Shown: piece after piece, positions 38,845 through 49,633 of the stretch | How positions within the stretch are numbered: the first letter of the stretch is position 1 | Layout: each line of letters begins with the position of its first letter | Notes under the pieces: generated by a model | Told to the model about the DNA's origin: nothing | Database searches by the model: none | What the model saw: the letters and a program-made list of their open reading frames with translations, nothing else | Made by a program: the position numbers and the translations under genes | Assembly: GCA_041744375.1 (NCBI GenBank) | Contig: JBGTLA010000053.1 | Span: 44,536 to 108,535, forward strand | Source: Acidimicrobiia bacterium | Lineage (GTDB): Bacteria > Actinomycetota > Acidimicrobiia > Spongiisociales > ZC4RG35 | Length of the DNA stretch: 64,000 nt | Direction of reading: 5' to 3'

Positions 38845-39854
38845 GACTGCCGCCGAGATGGATCCGCCGTATCGTTCTGGGGCCGGCGGTGATCGCCGCC
38901 ACTGTCGCGTTGATCGTTTCTCTGCCGGTGGTGGCCATCGGTGCTGCTTTCGCCTCCCGCTACGTGCCAGGTCGTTGGCGGCCGCTCCGTCTCGCCTGGT
39001 TCCTGTTGGTGTGGTTGATCTTCGAAAGCATCACGGTGATGGCACTGTTCGTGTTGTGGGTGGCCTCGGGTTTCGGATGGAAACTGCGAAGCGAAGGTTT
39101 CCGATCGGCTCACTACGCACTGATGGCCTGGTTCTTGCGCCGGGTCGTGGGGTCGGCGCGTTTCACCTTCGGTCTCGCATTCGAGGGAGACCGGGTCGGA
39201 GAGGGCGATGTCGTCGGGCGCCCGGTGATCCTCATGGCCCGCCACGCTGGGCCGGGAGATTCTCTCCTGTTGGTGGATGCCGTCATGAACCGCTTCCAGC
39301 ATCGTCCTCGGGTCGTTCTCAAGGAAGCGCTGCAGTGGGATCCCGTCATCGACATCGCTCTCAACCGGTTGCCCAGTCGCTTCGTTGCTCCTGGGGGCAG
39401 GGGCGGCTCGGATGCCGTCGACGCCATCGCCGACCTCGCCGCCACCATGACATCGCGCGATGCCCTTGTGATCTTCCCTGAAGGCGGGAACTTCACGGCC
39501 TCGCGGCGGTTGCGGGCCATCGAGCACCTCGATACGGCTGGGCTCAACGTGTTCGCAGACAGATCGCGGGCGATGGAGTTCTTGCTGCCGCCCAAGCCGC
39601 GTGGTGTGGTGGCCGCCATCACAAATGCCCCCCCGGCTGTGGTCGGTCTGGTCGGTCACGTCGGCCTGGATGACATGTCCACTCTCTCGGACATATGGTC
39701 GGGCCTCAAGATGGATCGCACCGTGTACACCCGCATCTGGCTGACCCCCACCGAGGACCTACCTGCCGATAGGCCAGGTCGCGAGTTGTGGCTCTACGAC
39801 CGCTGGCACGACATGGATGGCTGGATCAGGGAACGGAGACGGGCTGGGGGCTGA
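38841..39854 (+). CDS. Lysophospholipid acyltransferase (PlsC/LPLAT family), membrane-anchored
   Basis: N-terminal transmembrane helices, the acyltransferase 'ARHAGPGDS' (HX4D-like) block and the 'VIFPEGG' block. The ATG overlaps the patatin stop (ATGA). Confidence 0.7.
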   Translation: MRLPPRWIRRIVLGPAVIAATVALIVSLPVVAIGAAFASRYVPGRWRPLRLAWFLLVWLIFESITVMALFVLWVASGFGWKLRSEGFRSAHYALMAWFLRRVVGSARFTFGLAFEGDRVGEGDVVGRPVILMARHAGPGDSLLLVDAVMNRFQHRPRVVLKEALQWDPVIDIALNRLPSRFVAPGGRGGSDAVDAIADLAATMTSRDALVIFPEGGNFTASRRLRAIEHLDTAGLNVFADRSRAMEFLLPPKPRGVVAAITNAPPAVVGLVGHVGLDDMSTLSDIWSGLKMDRTVYTRIWLTPTEDLPADRPGRELWLYDRWHDMDGWIRERRRAGG

Positions 39855-39879
39855 CCGGGGCCATCCAACCCGGTCCACC

Positions 39880-40734
39880 TCACGACGCCGGGTGGTCGGG
39901 CTCGGGGTCGAGATTGGGTCGCAACCGATCGCGCCCGTCGCCGGGACGGATCTCTTTGATGAAGCGGGCCGGTACGCCACCCACGACGGTGTAGTCGGGA
40001 ACGTCTTTGGTCACGACCGAGTTGGCCCCCACGATGGTCCTGTAGCCGAGCGTGACCCCGGCCATGACCACGACGTTGTACCCGATGACGCTGTTAGCTC
40101 CGATACTCACCGGATCGAGGCCTCGCCCGGCATGGGCGATCGGTCGCTCGAAGTTGTCGAAGGGGTGGGTGTGGGTCTCGACGGTGACTCCGGCCGACAA
40201 CATGGTGTAGGCGCCGACATCAATGGGCCCCCGGTCGTCGAGCATGGCGTATCGATTCACCAGCACACCGTCACCGAGCGAGATGTTCCTCCCGTCGGAG
40301 AACAAGACGTTGTGGTGGAAGATCACACCCTCCCCGCAGTGGCGGAAGAGTTTCTTGGCCAGGATCATCCGCAGCGGTATGGCGAAACCCTGAAGCATGG
40401 CGGCGGGCGTCTGGTCGAACATACGCCAGAACATTCGGTAATAGAGAAGGGGATCGTCCACGCCCTCCGGACCGTCTCCCTTGAACGGATCGGGTGGCAG
40501 ATAGAACTCACCCGTGGCCTGCGTGTCTCCCACCAGGCGATCCACCTCGTTCAAGAACCGGGTCGCCCTACCAACGAAGGTGTCGCTCGTTACCTCCTCG
40601 GAGAGTCTGGCAAGCAGATCTCCGGCCAGTCCTTCCGGGGGAGGCGCCGATAGAACGTCGCCCAAGCCAGGGAGCTCTGTGGTGGGCCGGTTCGGAGGCA
40701 CGCCGTCGGCCCTGTCTCCCTGCCCCCTAAGCAC
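39880..40734 (-). CDS. Hexapeptide-repeat (left-handed beta-helix) acetyltransferase
   Basis: C-terminal hexapeptide repeats 'IGANSVIGYNVVVMAGVTLGYRTIVGANSVV'. Confidence 0.75.
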   Translation of the reverse strand: MLRGQGDRADGVPPNRPTTELPGLGDVLSAPPPEGLAGDLLARLSEEVTSDTFVGRATRFLNEVDRLVGDTQATGEFYLPPDPFKGDGPEGVDDPLLYYRMFWRMFDQTPAAMLQGFAIPLRMILAKKLFRHCGEGVIFHHNVLFSDGRNISLGDGVLVNRYAMLDDRGPIDVGAYTMLSAGVTVETHTHPFDNFERPIAHAGRGLDPVSIGANSVIGYNVVVMAGVTLGYRTIVGANSVVTKDVPDYTVVGGVPARFIKEIRPGDGRDRLRPNLDPEPDHPAS

Positions 40735-41464
40735 GGCTGGGTACTTTGGTCAGGCTGTTCCTGTCCTGCCAGGCCCGGTAGACCGTCCGGGCATATCCCG
40801 TGAGCACCATTGTCCGGCCGCGCAAGGGTCCGTAGCGGTAACCCATCTTCGAGGTGTTCGGACCGTAGAGTCGAGGGATGGGGACTTCGCGGAACCGCAG
40901 TCCTGCCCTCGCCACTGCGAAGTGGGACTCGAGTTCGGCCTCGTATCCGCGACCGACCAGTGCGACTACGTCGACTGCTCGTTTCGAGAAGCTGCGGAAC
41001 CCCGAGAAGGGGTCGGTAACCCGGTCGCCCGTGAGCTTCTGCACAGCCCGGATCGACCCGGCCCGCACCATTCGACGATTCATTGGTGCGGATTGAACTG
41101 CTCGTTCCAGATATCGACTCCCCACGCAGAGGTCGACACCTTCGCCGAGCACGGGTTGAACGAGGCTCGGCAGCGAGGAGGGCAGATGTTGGCCGTCGCT
41201 GTCCATCCACACCAGGGCGGCGAAGTCCAGATCCCTGAGATGGTCCATGGCCCTACCCAGGGCCGCCCCCTTCCCTCGGTTTCTGTCCTGACGGATCAAC
41301 CTCACCCCGGCGGCACGAACGATCTCAGAGGTTCCGTCGGTCGAGCCGTCGTCGACCACAACTACCGTCACCTCATGACGACCGATGCTGTTCGGCATCG
41401 AGCCGAGAACCTGCCCGATGCTGGTCGCCTCGTTGAATGCTGGTAGGACCACGAAGACTCCCAT
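40727..41464 (-). CDS. GT2 polyprenol-phosphate glycosyltransferase (DPM1/Ppm1-like)
   Basis: 'VVLPAFNEA', 'VVVVDDGSTDGT', 'RNRGKGAAL' and 'DSDGQH' motifs. Start at the internal Met 'MGVFVVLP'. Confidence 0.8.
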   Translation of the reverse strand: MGVFVVLPAFNEATSIGQVLGSMPNSIGRHEVTVVVVDDGSTDGTSEIVRAAGVRLIRQDRNRGKGAALGRAMDHLRDLDFAALVWMDSDGQHLPSSLPSLVQPVLGEGVDLCVGSRYLERAVQSAPMNRRMVRAGSIRAVQKLTGDRVTDPFSGFRSFSKRAVDVVALVGRGYEAELESHFAVARAGLRFREVPIPRLYGPNTSKMGYRYGPLRGRTMVLTGYARTVYRAWQDRNSLTKVPSRA

Positions 41465-41609
41465 GGTAGGAACGTAACGAACGATCGTTCGTTGGTTGTA
41501 GGGTCCTTGGCCCCTAGTGGTCGCTCGAATGATGCCGCCCAATTCCCAACGATCTGTGCAGGCGAAAGGGACCCGGGCAACGCTCGGAGATGGGGAGGCG
41601 CTGGCCGGG

Positions 41610-42080
41610 TCAGGAGGCCGGGCCGGGGCGTATCGGAGGCGGCCCCCAGTGAGCTGCGAGCGCTCGACGGAGACTTTCCACATGTTCGGTGCCGATCCGT
41701 CCGGCGAGTTCGCCTTCGAGTTCTTCGATTACCTTGCTGGCCGCGTGGGCGAGTTGATTGCCTCGGCTCGATAGGCGCACCAACAAGGAGCGAGCGTCAT
41801 TGGGGTCTGGGTCCGTCGTCAGCAGGTCTCTCTGGATAAGCTTGGATATCACTGTATGCATTGATTGTCGGCTGATGCCGATGCGGCGAGCAAGCTCGAC
41901 GGGCCGCGTCCCGTCCTCGTCCACGAAAGCGAATACGAGCGCTTCGGTACGGCTGAATCTTGGCCACCCCGAGGCTTGCAGCCGGCCAACCAGAGCGTCG
42001 TTGAACCAATCCGACGCGAACAGCAGCGCGGCACCCAGGTTGGTGGTCGGTGGGAAGGGGCGGAGAGTATGGTCCGGCAT
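41610..42080 (-). CDS. MarR family transcriptional regulator
   Basis: Winged-helix 'ELARRIGISRQSMHTVISKLIQRDLL...DARSLLVRLSSRG'. Divergent from the NmrA-like gene. Confidence 0.8.
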   Translation of the reverse strand: MPDHTLRPFPPTTNLGAALLFASDWFNDALVGRLQASGWPRFSRTEALVFAFVDEDGTRPVELARRIGISRQSMHTVISKLIQRDLLTTDPDPNDARSLLVRLSSRGNQLAHAASKVIEELEGELAGRIGTEHVESLRRALAAHWGPPPIRPGPAS

Positions 42081-42135
42081 GGATCTCCACCCTAGCCGCC
42101 ATCGGGCGGTTGTAAGGTAAGCTGACGATCTGATA

Positions 42136-42154
42136 TTGTAAGTGAAACTTACAA
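42136..42154. promoter_or_regulatory. Putative MarR operator
   Basis: AT-rich perfect palindrome TTGTAAGT-GAA-ACTTACAA in the 85-bp divergent intergenic region, with an extra TTGTAAG half-site at 42108. It overlaps the RBS-proximal region of the NmrA-like gene. Confidence 0.5.
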
Positions 42155-42164
42155 AGGAGTCGTA

Positions 42165-42794
42165 GTGAATGTCGCCGTAATCGGGGCAACCGGACGCACC
42201 GGTATTCGGGTCGTGGAAGCCCTCGCACAGCAGGGTCACCAGGTACGGGCGCTGGTGCGGAGCCCGGAGAAGGGGAGGGGCCTTCCGGCCGGCATCGAGG
42301 TGGTGGAGGGCCATGCCACCCATGAGGTGGCGATGTCGAAGCTGGTGGCCGGCGTCGACGCCGTCATCGATGTCGCCGGCCCCAGCAAAGCTCACCCCGT
42401 GATACGCCAGGCCATCACATCCAACCTCCTGGTGGCTCTAAAATCGGGTGGCCGGCCTCGGGTGCTGATGCTCACCGGGGCCGGGGTTCGGTTCCCCGAC
42501 GATGTCCCCCAGCTCATCGACCGTCTCATCGTCGGCGCTCTACGTCGCTTGCAGGGAGCCGTGCTGGCGGATGGTGAGGCGGCGGTCCGACTCCTCGCAT
42601 CGTCTGATCATGACTGGACCGTGGTGCGCGTGCCTCGTCTCGTGCAGAGGCCATCCGCGCGGCCCTACCGAATCGTTTCTCATGTGGGACCGGACTCTGG
42701 CACCCAAATCGACCGCCCACAGTTGGCGGCGGCCCTCGTCGAGATCCTCCAGAGTCAAGACTGGAAACGGCGCGCCCCCGTCGTGTCGCGCTGA
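42165..42794 (+). CDS. NAD(P)H-binding NmrA-like/atypical SDR oxidoreductase
   Basis: Rossmann motif 'VAVIGATGRTGIRVV'. GTG start with AAGGAG 5 nt upstream. Confidence 0.7.
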   Translation: MNVAVIGATGRTGIRVVEALAQQGHQVRALVRSPEKGRGLPAGIEVVEGHATHEVAMSKLVAGVDAVIDVAGPSKAHPVIRQAITSNLLVALKSGGRPRVLMLTGAGVRFPDDVPQLIDRLIVGALRRLQGAVLADGEAAVRLLASSDHDWTVVRVPRLVQRPSARPYRIVSHVGPDSGTQIDRPQLAAALVEILQSQDWKRRAPVVSR

Positions 42795-42816
42795 GCTCGA
42801 GGTCGGAGTCCGGCTG

Positions 42817-43041
42817 CTACCCGCCGCGCAGGAGATCACTGATCCTGGCTGCTTCCTCGTGTGACACCTTGGAGACGGCATACCCGGAGTGGACGAGGAC
42901 GTAGTCGCCGGGCTCGGCCTCGGGCACCATGACCAGATCGATGGTGGTCACCTTGTCGTCACCGAGCGCTACCCGAGCCGGGCGGGAGAACTCTGTGCCC
43001 GTTTCGACGGCGATGACTCGGGCGGCGACCGCCAAGCACAT
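42817..43041 (-). CDS. hypC: [NiFe]-hydrogenase assembly chaperone HypC/HupF
   Basis: 74 aa beginning 'MCLAV' with the conserved Cys2. 1-nt gap to the upstream protease gene. Confidence 0.8.
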   Translation of the reverse strand: MCLAVAARVIAVETGTEFSRPARVALGDDKVTTIDLVMVPEAEPGDYVLVHSGYAVSKVSHEEAARISDLLRGG

Positions 43042-43042
43042 G

Positions 43043-43468
43043 TCAGGCACCTGCCCTCTCGAGCTCGTCGATCACTGTCGACACCGCGGATGCGACTTGG
43101 GGAGAGAGTTCGCTCCCTACTTCGAAGCGGGCACCTTCGATCCCATAGATGTCGAGGCGGGCGGGAAGGCGGTGTACCGCGCGCGCCAGTTCGACGATCT
43201 CGGCCAACCCGAAGGAATGGGATGAGGCAAAACTGCGGGTCGGTAATCGGTCGGCGATGGCGTCGAACCGCACGACGGTGCCGGGCAGCCGGCCGGAGCG
43301 GATGGCGTCGACCACCGTCACGTCTTCTTCGCCTTCCCACAGATCCATGAGATCGGAGCAGTCGCTCCTCGCCACCGACGGGACCGATGTGAGGCGCCGG
43401 GCGACGAGGACCCCGGCGGCGTCGTCGCCACGATCCGGGTGCCCGAGACCGATGACCAGACGACCCAT
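43043..43468 (-). CDS. Hydrogenase maturation endopeptidase (HycI/HoxW-like)
   Basis: 'LVIGLGHPDRGDDAAG' metal-binding motif. The ATG lies 2 nt after the large-subunit stop. Confidence 0.75.
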   Translation of the reverse strand: MGRLVIGLGHPDRGDDAAGVLVARRLTSVPSVARSDCSDLMDLWEGEEDVTVVDAIRSGRLPGTVVRFDAIADRLPTRSFASSHSFGLAEIVELARAVHRLPARLDIYGIEGARFEVGSELSPQVASAVSTVIDELERAGA

Positions 43469-43470
43469 CG

Positions 43471-44763
43471 TCAAATTCGCTCCACCGACAGGTCGAGGAA
43501 GTGGGTGGCACAGGAGATGCAGGGGTCGTAGTTGCGGATGGCCTGTTCGAGCTGCCATTGCAGCGTCTCGTCACTGAGGTGAGTGCGCCCGGGAATGTAG
43601 TCGCGCAAGTCCTCCTCGATGCTCAGCTGATTCTGTGAGGTCGGTGGGACGATCTGGGCGGATTCGATCAGTCCTTCCCCGTCCATCGCGTAACGGTGGT
43701 AGAGGATGCCCCGGGGAGCCTCGGACACTCCGTGACCGGTCGAGGACCTCGGATGAGCCTCCACGGCGGGAGCCTCGGGTCGGCGATAGCTGCCGATCAG
43801 CCGCAAGGCCTCTTCGAAGGCGAACACCAGCTCGACCGCCCGGACGATGACGCTGCGGAACGGGTTGGTGCAAGTGGGTCCGAGGCCGGCCCGTTGCGCT
43901 TCGGCCTGGGCTCGTGAGGTCAGCTGTTCGAAATTGAGGCTGTACCTGGCCATCGGCCCTACGTGGTAGGAGCCTCTTTCTTTGATCCGGGCATGGAGGG
44001 CGTTGGACCACTCGACATGCTCCTCTTCGAAGATGTCGGGCCATTGGCCCGGACCGATGTCGATACCCCGGTTAGAGACGATCCGCCCCCGTTGGATGGC
44101 GTATTCGTCGGGATGGTGGACGGCGACGAATTCGTAGTCCCGTTCGAAGTCCGGGAACGGAAACTCCGAGACCCAGCGTACGGTGTCGACCGCAGCCTCG
44201 AGCCCCCACTCGAGGTCGGCGACGAGGGCGTCGAGCTCGGATCGGGTGGGGACCCGAAAGAATCCGCCGACCTTGACATTGACGGGGTGGATCTCCCGCC
44301 CTCCCAGGACCGTCATCAGGTGGTTGCCGATCTTCTTGAGCCGCAAACCGTTTCGCACGAGATCGGGGAAGTCTGCGGCCATCTCGATCCCGCCCGCGTA
44401 CCCCAAGAAGTCGGGTGCGTGGAGGAAGTACACGTGCAGACCGTGGCTTTCAATCCACTCCCCGCAGTAGATGAGCCGCCGAAGATCCTGCAGCTGAGCC
44501 GGTATCTCCACCCCAGCCGCGTCTTCCATGGCGTTGCAGGCGCTCGTCTGATAGGCGATGGGGCAGATCCCACAGATCCGGGCGGTGATGTCGGGAGCTT
44601 CGGAGAAGCGGCGGCCGGCGAGGAGAGCTTCGAAGAAGCGCGGAGGCTCGAAGATCTTGAACTGGAGATCTACCACCTCATCGTCTTGCAGCTTGAGGTA
44701 CATGGCCCCTTCGCCCTCGACACGTGCCAGGTAGTCGACCGTGAGGTCTCGCTCACTGTGCAT
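43471..44763 (-). CDS. [NiFe]-hydrogenase large (alpha) subunit, group 3b-like
   Basis: N-terminal '[10 protein letters not shown]' and C-terminal 'DPCISCATH' Ni-Fe ligating motifs. The C-terminal motif has Cys, not Sec. Confidence 0.9.
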   Translation of the reverse strand: MHSERDLTVDYLARVEGEGAMYLKLQDDEVVDLQFKIFEPPRFFEALLAGRRFSEAPDITARICGICPIAYQTSACNAMEDAAGVEIPAQLQDLRRLIYCGEWIESHGLHVYFLHAPDFLGYAGGIEMAADFPDLVRNGLRLKKIGNHLMTVLGGREIHPVNVKVGGFFRVPTRSELDALVADLEWGLEAAVDTVRWVSEFPFPDFERDYEFVAVHHPDEYAIQRGRIVSNRGIDIGPGQWPDIFEEEHVEWSNALHARIKERGSYHVGPMARYSLNFEQLTSRAQAEAQRAGLGPTCTNPFRSVIVRAVELVFAFEEALRLIGSYRRPEAPAVEAHPRSSTGHGVSEAPRGILYHRYAMDGEGLIESAQIVPPTSQNQLSIEEDLRDYIPGRTHLSDETLQWQLEQAIRNYDPCISCATHFLDLSVERI

Positions 44764-45526
44764 ATGAATCGCTCACTTCTCTGAACTCCGGCGCCCACGC
44801 GTTGAAGGTTCTGAGTGCTCGCACCAAATCCACCTCGGGAACTCCCAACGTCGTCCACCACTCGGCCAGCCCTCTCACGTTGGGCGACTCGGAGGGACCG
44901 AAACACCCGTAGCAGCCCCGGTCGTAGGCCGGGCAGATGGCACCGCAGCCGGCCTGGGTCACAGGACCGAGGCAGGGCACCTTGGCCCTCACCATGATGC
45001 ATGGCGTTCCCCGGGCTTTGCACTCCACACATACGCTGTGGCGGGGCACGTTGGGTCGGCGCTGGTGAAGGAAGGAGTCGACGACCTCGATCAATTGCCG
45101 TTTGGAAATCGGACATCCCCGCAGCTCGAAGTCGACGCCGACATGGTCGCTGATTGGGGTGGAGGTCTCGAGAGTGCTGATGAAGGATGGCTCGGCGTAG
45201 ACGATCGAGGTGAACGCCGACACGTCGGCCCAGTTGCGCAAGGCCTGGATGCCTCCCGCGGTGGCGCAGGCGCCGATGGTCACGAGAGCCTTCGACTGGC
45301 CTCGGATCTCGAGGATTCGGTTGGCGTCGTGGAAGGTCGTGATCGACCCTTCCACCAGCGAGAGGTCGTAGGGGCCCTCGATCACGGACTTGGTGGCCTC
45401 GGGGAAGTAGGCGATCTCGACCGCTTCTGCCAATGCCAGTAATTCGTCTTCACAGTCGAGCAGGCTGAGCTGACACCCGTCACACGAAGCGAACTTCCAC
45501 ACGGCGAGTTTCGGTCGATGGTTCAC
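44753..45526 (-). CDS. [NiFe]-hydrogenase small (delta) subunit
   Basis: Proximal cluster motif 'CDGCQ' and NuoB-like fold. GTG start overlapping the upstream stop (GTGA). Confidence 0.85.
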   Translation of the reverse strand: MNHRPKLAVWKFASCDGCQLSLLDCEDELLALAEAVEIAYFPEATKSVIEGPYDLSLVEGSITTFHDANRILEIRGQSKALVTIGACATAGGIQALRNWADVSAFTSIVYAEPSFISTLETSTPISDHVGVDFELRGCPISKRQLIEVVDSFLHQRRPNVPRHSVCVECKARGTPCIMVRAKVPCLGPVTQAGCGAICPAYDRGCYGCFGPSESPNVRGLAEWWTTLGVPEVDLVRALRTFNAWAPEFREVSDSYAQ

Positions 45527-46347
45527 AGCTCGTTCACCGACAACCTCCCGGCGAACTGGCCGTAGGAGACGACCGGTCCCGACTTGCACAGGAAATCCGA
45601 GCCGAACTGGCAACGTCCGCAGAATCCGAGGGCGCATTTCATGTTGCGCTCGAGGCTGATCGAGATCCTGTCGACTGCCACGCCCCGGTCTCTCAACTCC
45701 CGGGCGACTGCTCGCATCATCACCTCCGGCCCACACACCAAGGCATCGGTGGTGGACGGTTGGAATGAGGCACGGCCAATGAGGCTGGTCACCATTCCCA
45801 CGTCCCCCCACCAGTCGGTCGGTGCCTGATCGACGGTGACCTCGAGGTCTATGTCGGGTGATGCCTTCCAGCCGAGCAGGTCCTGCTTATAGAGGAGGTC
45901 GGTGGGGGTTCGGGCCCCATAGAGCAACGTGAGGCTCTGGTACTCGCCACGGCGGGTCAGGCCTTCGAGGACTGCGGGTCGCAAAGGAGCCAAACCCACC
46001 CCCCCGGCAACGATGACAAGGTGACGGTCGGTGGCCTCGTCCACCGGCCAGCCACGACCGTACGGGCCCCTGGCACCAACGACATCACCCGGCCCCAGCG
46101 CGCAAATGGCGTCGGTCACGGCCCCAACGGCCCGCACCGTGTGGACGAGGTTGTGGGGCATCTTCGGGTTTCCGGCGATGGAGATGGGAACCTCCCCAAC
46201 GCCGAACACATAGATCATCATGAACTGGCCGGGTCGAAAAGGGGTGACGGGATCTTCGAGGTTCTCGAGCACGAAAGTGATCGTGTCGGGCGTCTCGGCG
46301 AATCGGTCTTGTATGCGAAAGGGTCGGGGACGCATGGGTTGGGGCAT
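45523..46347 (-). CDS. Hydrogenase gamma subunit (FAD/NAD(P)-binding, 2Fe-2S)
   Basis: FNR-like FAD/NAD fold with C-terminal '[17 protein letters not shown]' [2Fe-2S] motif. Confidence 0.8.
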   Translation of the reverse strand: MPQPMRPRPFRIQDRFAETPDTITFVLENLEDPVTPFRPGQFMMIYVFGVGEVPISIAGNPKMPHNLVHTVRAVGAVTDAICALGPGDVVGARGPYGRGWPVDEATDRHLVIVAGGVGLAPLRPAVLEGLTRRGEYQSLTLLYGARTPTDLLYKQDLLGWKASPDIDLEVTVDQAPTDWWGDVGMVTSLIGRASFQPSTTDALVCGPEVMMRAVARELRDRGVAVDRISISLERNMKCALGFCGRCQFGSDFLCKSGPVVSYGQFAGRLSVNEL

Positions 46348-46373
46348 CGTCCCGGTCGGGACCCTTGTCTGGG

Positions 46374-46831
46374 TCACGTCCCTGGCTCCTTGTAGAGGTC
46401 GAGGAGGCGGAGGCGAGCCTGGTGGAGGCGGCGGACGGCTTCTTTGGCCACCGCTCGGTGCACGTTGAGCGCCAGGGCGGTGTCGTGGTCGCATCTCGTT
46501 CGGACCGCTTCGGCGTCGAAGGAGATGACGGTGGTGGCGGCCAGGGCTCGCGCTCGCCAGTTCCACCTGTAATGGGGGAACAGCCAGCTCACTCCCAGAA
46601 GGTCACCTGGTCCCAGCGTCTCGATCAGCACCGCCGGCCGGGTGCGCGGTGGCACCTCGAGCCCCACCTTGCCATCTGTGATGAGAAAGAAGTTCTCGGC
46701 GGGACCGTCCTCCTCGAAGATCACCGTTCCCGTCTCGAATGTGACCTCCTCGGCTACCGACTCCAAGAACCTGAAGCTGTCCTCGGAGAGGTCGGCCAGC
46801 AGCTGGGAGTTGACGCGCAGCTCTTCGAGAC

Positions 46832-46835
<4 letters not shown>
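46374..46835 (-). CDS. Standalone cNMP-binding domain protein embedded in the hydrogenase operon
   Basis: 153 aa with a CAP-type beta-roll ('[25 protein letters not shown]', '[10 protein letters not shown]') and no DNA-binding domain. Its ATG overlaps the hydB stop (ATGA) and its stop lies 24 nt before the gamma-subunit ATG. Confidence 0.7.
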
Positions 46836-47944
<1,109 letters not shown>

Positions 47945-47983
47945 AACGAGGCTATCGATGTCATTGTGAAGATGACGGCCCTC

Positions 47984-48667
47984 TCACCAATTCGGCCTGG
48001 GAACTCCGTACGGTCGGGTTTCTTCGGAGGGACGAGTGTCATCGACCATATAGCCGACGGCACTTTCGACCTCCATCACGCCGTCGACTCCGGCAGTGAG
48101 GTCTTCCAACAGCCTCGCCTCCCTCAGGGTGGGGACGGTGCCCGTCAGCTCCACCCGCCCGTCGTCGACCGTAACCGACACGTTCTTGGGGTCGAGCAGC
48201 ATCACCTGTCCGATCAGGCGGTGGCGAATTTCTTGCTCGATGGCATGATCGGGTCGGGCAAAGACGGCCAGTACGTCGGAACGAGAAACGACGCCGAGGA
48301 GGTGGCCGTCTTCGTCGATGACGGGCAGTCGCTTGACGTTCTTGCGATCCATCTTCCGAGCGGCAGCCCTGTGGCTCATGTCTGGTGCAATGGAGATGAC
48401 GTGGCGGGTCATGGCCTCTCCGACCGTTTCGGCGGTGAGCCGCCGGGTCTTACGATCGAACAACGTGGCAACGAGGCCGGCGCGTTGGCCCGACGAGGCC
48501 CTTTCCACGAAATCGGCCTCGGTCAGCATTCCCACGACGCGACCCTCACCGTCGACGACGGGAAGCCCGCTCACCCCGCGCCCGCTCATCAATCGGGCCG
48601 CCTCTTTGAGCGACGTGCTCTCCTCCACGGTGACGACATCGGTCGTCATCAGGTCCCTGGTTTTCAT
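47984..48667 (-). CDS. CBS-pair plus BON domain protein
   Basis: Two CBS motifs ('LMTTDVVTV...GLPVVDGEGRVVGMLTEAD', 'AMTRHVISIAPD...LPVIDEDGHLLGVVSRSD') and a C-terminal BON-like segment. Lies 37 nt upstream of hydB. Confidence 0.7.
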   Translation of the reverse strand: MKTRDLMTTDVVTVEESTSLKEAARLMSGRGVSGLPVVDGEGRVVGMLTEADFVERASSGQRAGLVATLFDRKTRRLTAETVGEAMTRHVISIAPDMSHRAAARKMDRKNVKRLPVIDEDGHLLGVVSRSDVLAVFARPDHAIEQEIRHRLIGQVMLLDPKNVSVTVDDGRVELTGTVPTLREARLLEDLTAGVDGVMEVESAVGYMVDDTRPSEETRPYGVPRPNW

Positions 48668-48892
48668 GTCCTCCTCGCTTCCGTTCCTCTCAGGATGGGG
48701 GCTGGGGGTTGGCGCCGCTAGGGCCTTTGGCCTCTCGAGTCGGGCCGGTGGTCCCGTCTCGCTCTGCAGGAGCACGCCCGGATCACGCCCTCGGTCTCAT
48801 TGAGACGGTCTTCCTCGTCGAGTGGGACCTCTGCCTCTAGGCGACGGGGAGGTACGGTCGCATGCTGTCGACATCGCGAGAAAGGAGAGCGG

Positions 48893-49480
48893 ATGTACGG
48901 AGATGATATCGACAACGGTTGGGATGAGCCTGAACCCGTGGTGGACCTCCCTCCGACCGGCATCGACTTCGAGGTCGACATGGTTTCGACGATAGCCGGA
49001 GAGGTCGACTCCACGACAGCCGTTCCCGCAGGAATCGTGTCGCCGAATGAGGTGACCTTCCTGGCCGACTCCGCCGAGGTCGACGATGCCCTCATCGAAT
49101 TCGTCGAACTCGTGAATGCGCGGGACCTCGACGGCCTGGCTGATCTGTTGGCTCCGGAGGTAGCCGCCGGTCTCCTCGGTGCGACGTCTCGGGCCGCCGT
49201 CCTCGAGGGGCTCGACGAGTTTTTCGCTGCCAACCCGACATCGGTGGTCACCCGCGGTGATCTCGGCGTCGATCCCATCGCCGTCGTCTGGTCGTACGAC
49301 CCGGACCAGGAGCGATACGGCATGGTGGGCTACTTCACCGTCGAGGTTGCAGAGTCCGACGAAACCCGGATAGAGCGGTTGGACTTTGTGGATGAGATCC
49401 CCGACTGGCCGGAACTGGTGGTCGAGACGCCGGAAACGGCCGAGCGTCCCGAATGGCAGAGCTGGGACACGAACACCTGA
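48893..49480 (+). CDS. Acidic hypothetical protein
   Basis: 195 aa with AAGGAG RBS before ATG 48893. Sits directly upstream of the sigma-factor gene. No family recognised. Confidence 0.45.
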   Translation: MYGDDIDNGWDEPEPVVDLPPTGIDFEVDMVSTIAGEVDSTTAVPAGIVSPNEVTFLADSAEVDDALIEFVELVNARDLDGLADLLAPEVAAGLLGATSRAAVLEGLDEFFAANPTSVVTRGDLGVDPIAVVWSYDPDQERYGMVGYFTVEVAESDETRIERLDFVDEIPDWPELVVETPETAERPEWQSWDTNT

Positions 49481-49633
49481 TCCGTGGAGGGGGGTACGCC
49501 ATCGTGCTGCGATTTCTGCTCAACACCAGGCGTTGCGGGAAGAGGCAAGAACGCCGAGCTCTTCTTGCGCGCCCTCCTAGTTCCTGTCGCAGGTGCCGGG
49601 TTTGATTGAATACCGATTCGGTGATCCACTGGG

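Noticed and set aside
43471-44763. Possibility of a [NiFeSe] hydrogenase (Sec in large subunit)
   Set aside because: The C-terminal motif reads DPCISCATH with ordinary Cys codons and no in-frame TGA, so the hydrogenase itself is not a selenoprotein.
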